The notes beneath the pieces were generated by a model. It had not been told where the DNA came from, did not search any database, and saw only the letters and a list, made by a program, of their open reading frames with translations. A program made the position numbers and the translations under genes. From contig JBAWCX010000161.1 in the NCBI GenBank assembly GCA_049590495.1, positions 1-34,256 of the forward strand: a DNA stretch of 34,256 nt, given 5' to 3'. Of this stretch, positions 33,583 to 34,256 are shown in pieces (within the stretch, counting starts at the first letter, position 1; the number at the start of each line of letters is the position of its first letter). This stretch comes from Candidatus Binatus sp. GTDB taxonomy: Bacteria > Desulfobacterota > Binatia > Binatales > Binataceae.

Positions 33583-34092
33583 AGCGAACTCCATGGCTTG
33601 ATTGCGAAGAAAAGTCCGCCACGATGGTCCCGGCCGTCGGCTTCGTGGAGGCATGTAGCGCGACACGGTGGCTTCGGAGACGCTGAAACCGAGCATCAGA
33701 AGTTCACCGTGGATCCGTGGCGCACCCCACAGAAAGTTGTCGCCGGCCATCCGTGCGATCAGATGACGGACGTCCCTGGAAACCCGCGGACGCCCACCGC
33801 GCCAGCGACCCCGAGATCGATATCGCCAAAGCGTCGACCAGCCGTCACGACGCCAGCGCAAGACCGTCTCGGGCTGGACGATGATCAGGCTCTCGCGCCA
33901 TTGGGGCCACCAACGCGAGAACAAAATCCAAAAAAGCCGATCCCAACGGCGAAAGCACGGGCGACGAGTTCCGCTGCGCTCCAGCACTGCAATTTGATGG
34001 CGCAGGGCGATCCACTCCAACAGCAACGCGGTGAGAGTTCGAGGTTCGCCGTTTGGTACCTCCGCGAGTGATTCGCTTGTCGGCATCCTCAC
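33583..34092 (-). mobile_element. 5' half of an rve/integrase-core IS transposase gene, truncated before the catalytic core
   Basis: ..ALRHQIAVLERSGTRRPCFRRWDRLFWILFSRWWPQWRESLIIVQPETVLRWRRDGW..RGGRPRVSRDVRHLIARMAGDNFLWGAPRIHGELLMLGFSVSEATVSRYMP...PSWRTFLRNQAMEFA is the conserved N-terminal half. The rest of ORF 33280..34092 is unrelated Arg-rich sequence. Confidence 0.7.
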
Positions 34093-34256
34093 GCACCGCA
34101 GGTTATCGCCAGTCCATCCAAACCACCAACGAATTCGCGCGGATCAAGTTGTGAGGAACCACAGGTCAACCGTTAGTGATTCAGATTGCCGCCCTTCTCG
34201 TTTGAGCGCATCAATTCCCGCACCCGCTCGAGTTCCGGTTCGGATAGAGTTTTTAG

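Noticed and set aside
34173-34256. A partial minus-strand ORF at the right edge (..LKTLSEPELERVRELMRSNEKGGNLNH-stop).
   Set aside because: Only 27 codons are visible, which is too short to support a call.

Overview
This is a 34.3-kb high-GC bacterial chromosomal window. There is no rRNA, and the taxon cannot be assigned from sequence alone. Bases 1 to 8.8 kb look like ordinary core genome: a 5'-partial SBBP beta-propeller repeat protein, a secreted BNR/Asp-box repeat protein, tRNA-Ala(CGC), galU, a DksA/TraR zinc-finger protein, larC, queE, an NMO/FabK-like flavoprotein and tRNA-Ser(GGA). Everything to the right of tRNA-Ser is a mosaic accessory region full of gene remnants. Its main content is a dispersed, heavily tailored lasso-peptide (RiPP) system. 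The left half holds cyclase C plus the RRE/B1 protein (10.6-12.9 kb), an unlisted 51-codon precursor gene translationally coupled to an HprK-like kinase (16.2-16.3 kb), PhyH-type and 2OG-type oxygenases, and a SAM methyltransferase. About 10 kb further right lie a tandem array of prolyl-hydroxylase-like 2OG oxygenases each fused to its own PqqD/RRE domain, a nucleotidyltransferase, a decayed second kinase and the B2 leader peptidase (32.1-32.6 kb). Between the two halves are transposase debris, a 1316-aa sedolisin (S53) with a ~395-aa Thr/Ala linker, a small secreted Cys protein, an AT-rich palindrome island and two polytopic membrane proteins that look GT-C-like. One of these membrane genes has cleanly replaced the middle copy of the oxygenase-RRE array. 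A 117-bp inverted repeat, the duplicated 5' end of a PRMT-like methyltransferase gene, brackets 19.7 kb of the region. I see no CRISPR array and no intact transposase. All functional calls come from reading motifs in the translations; no database search was run.
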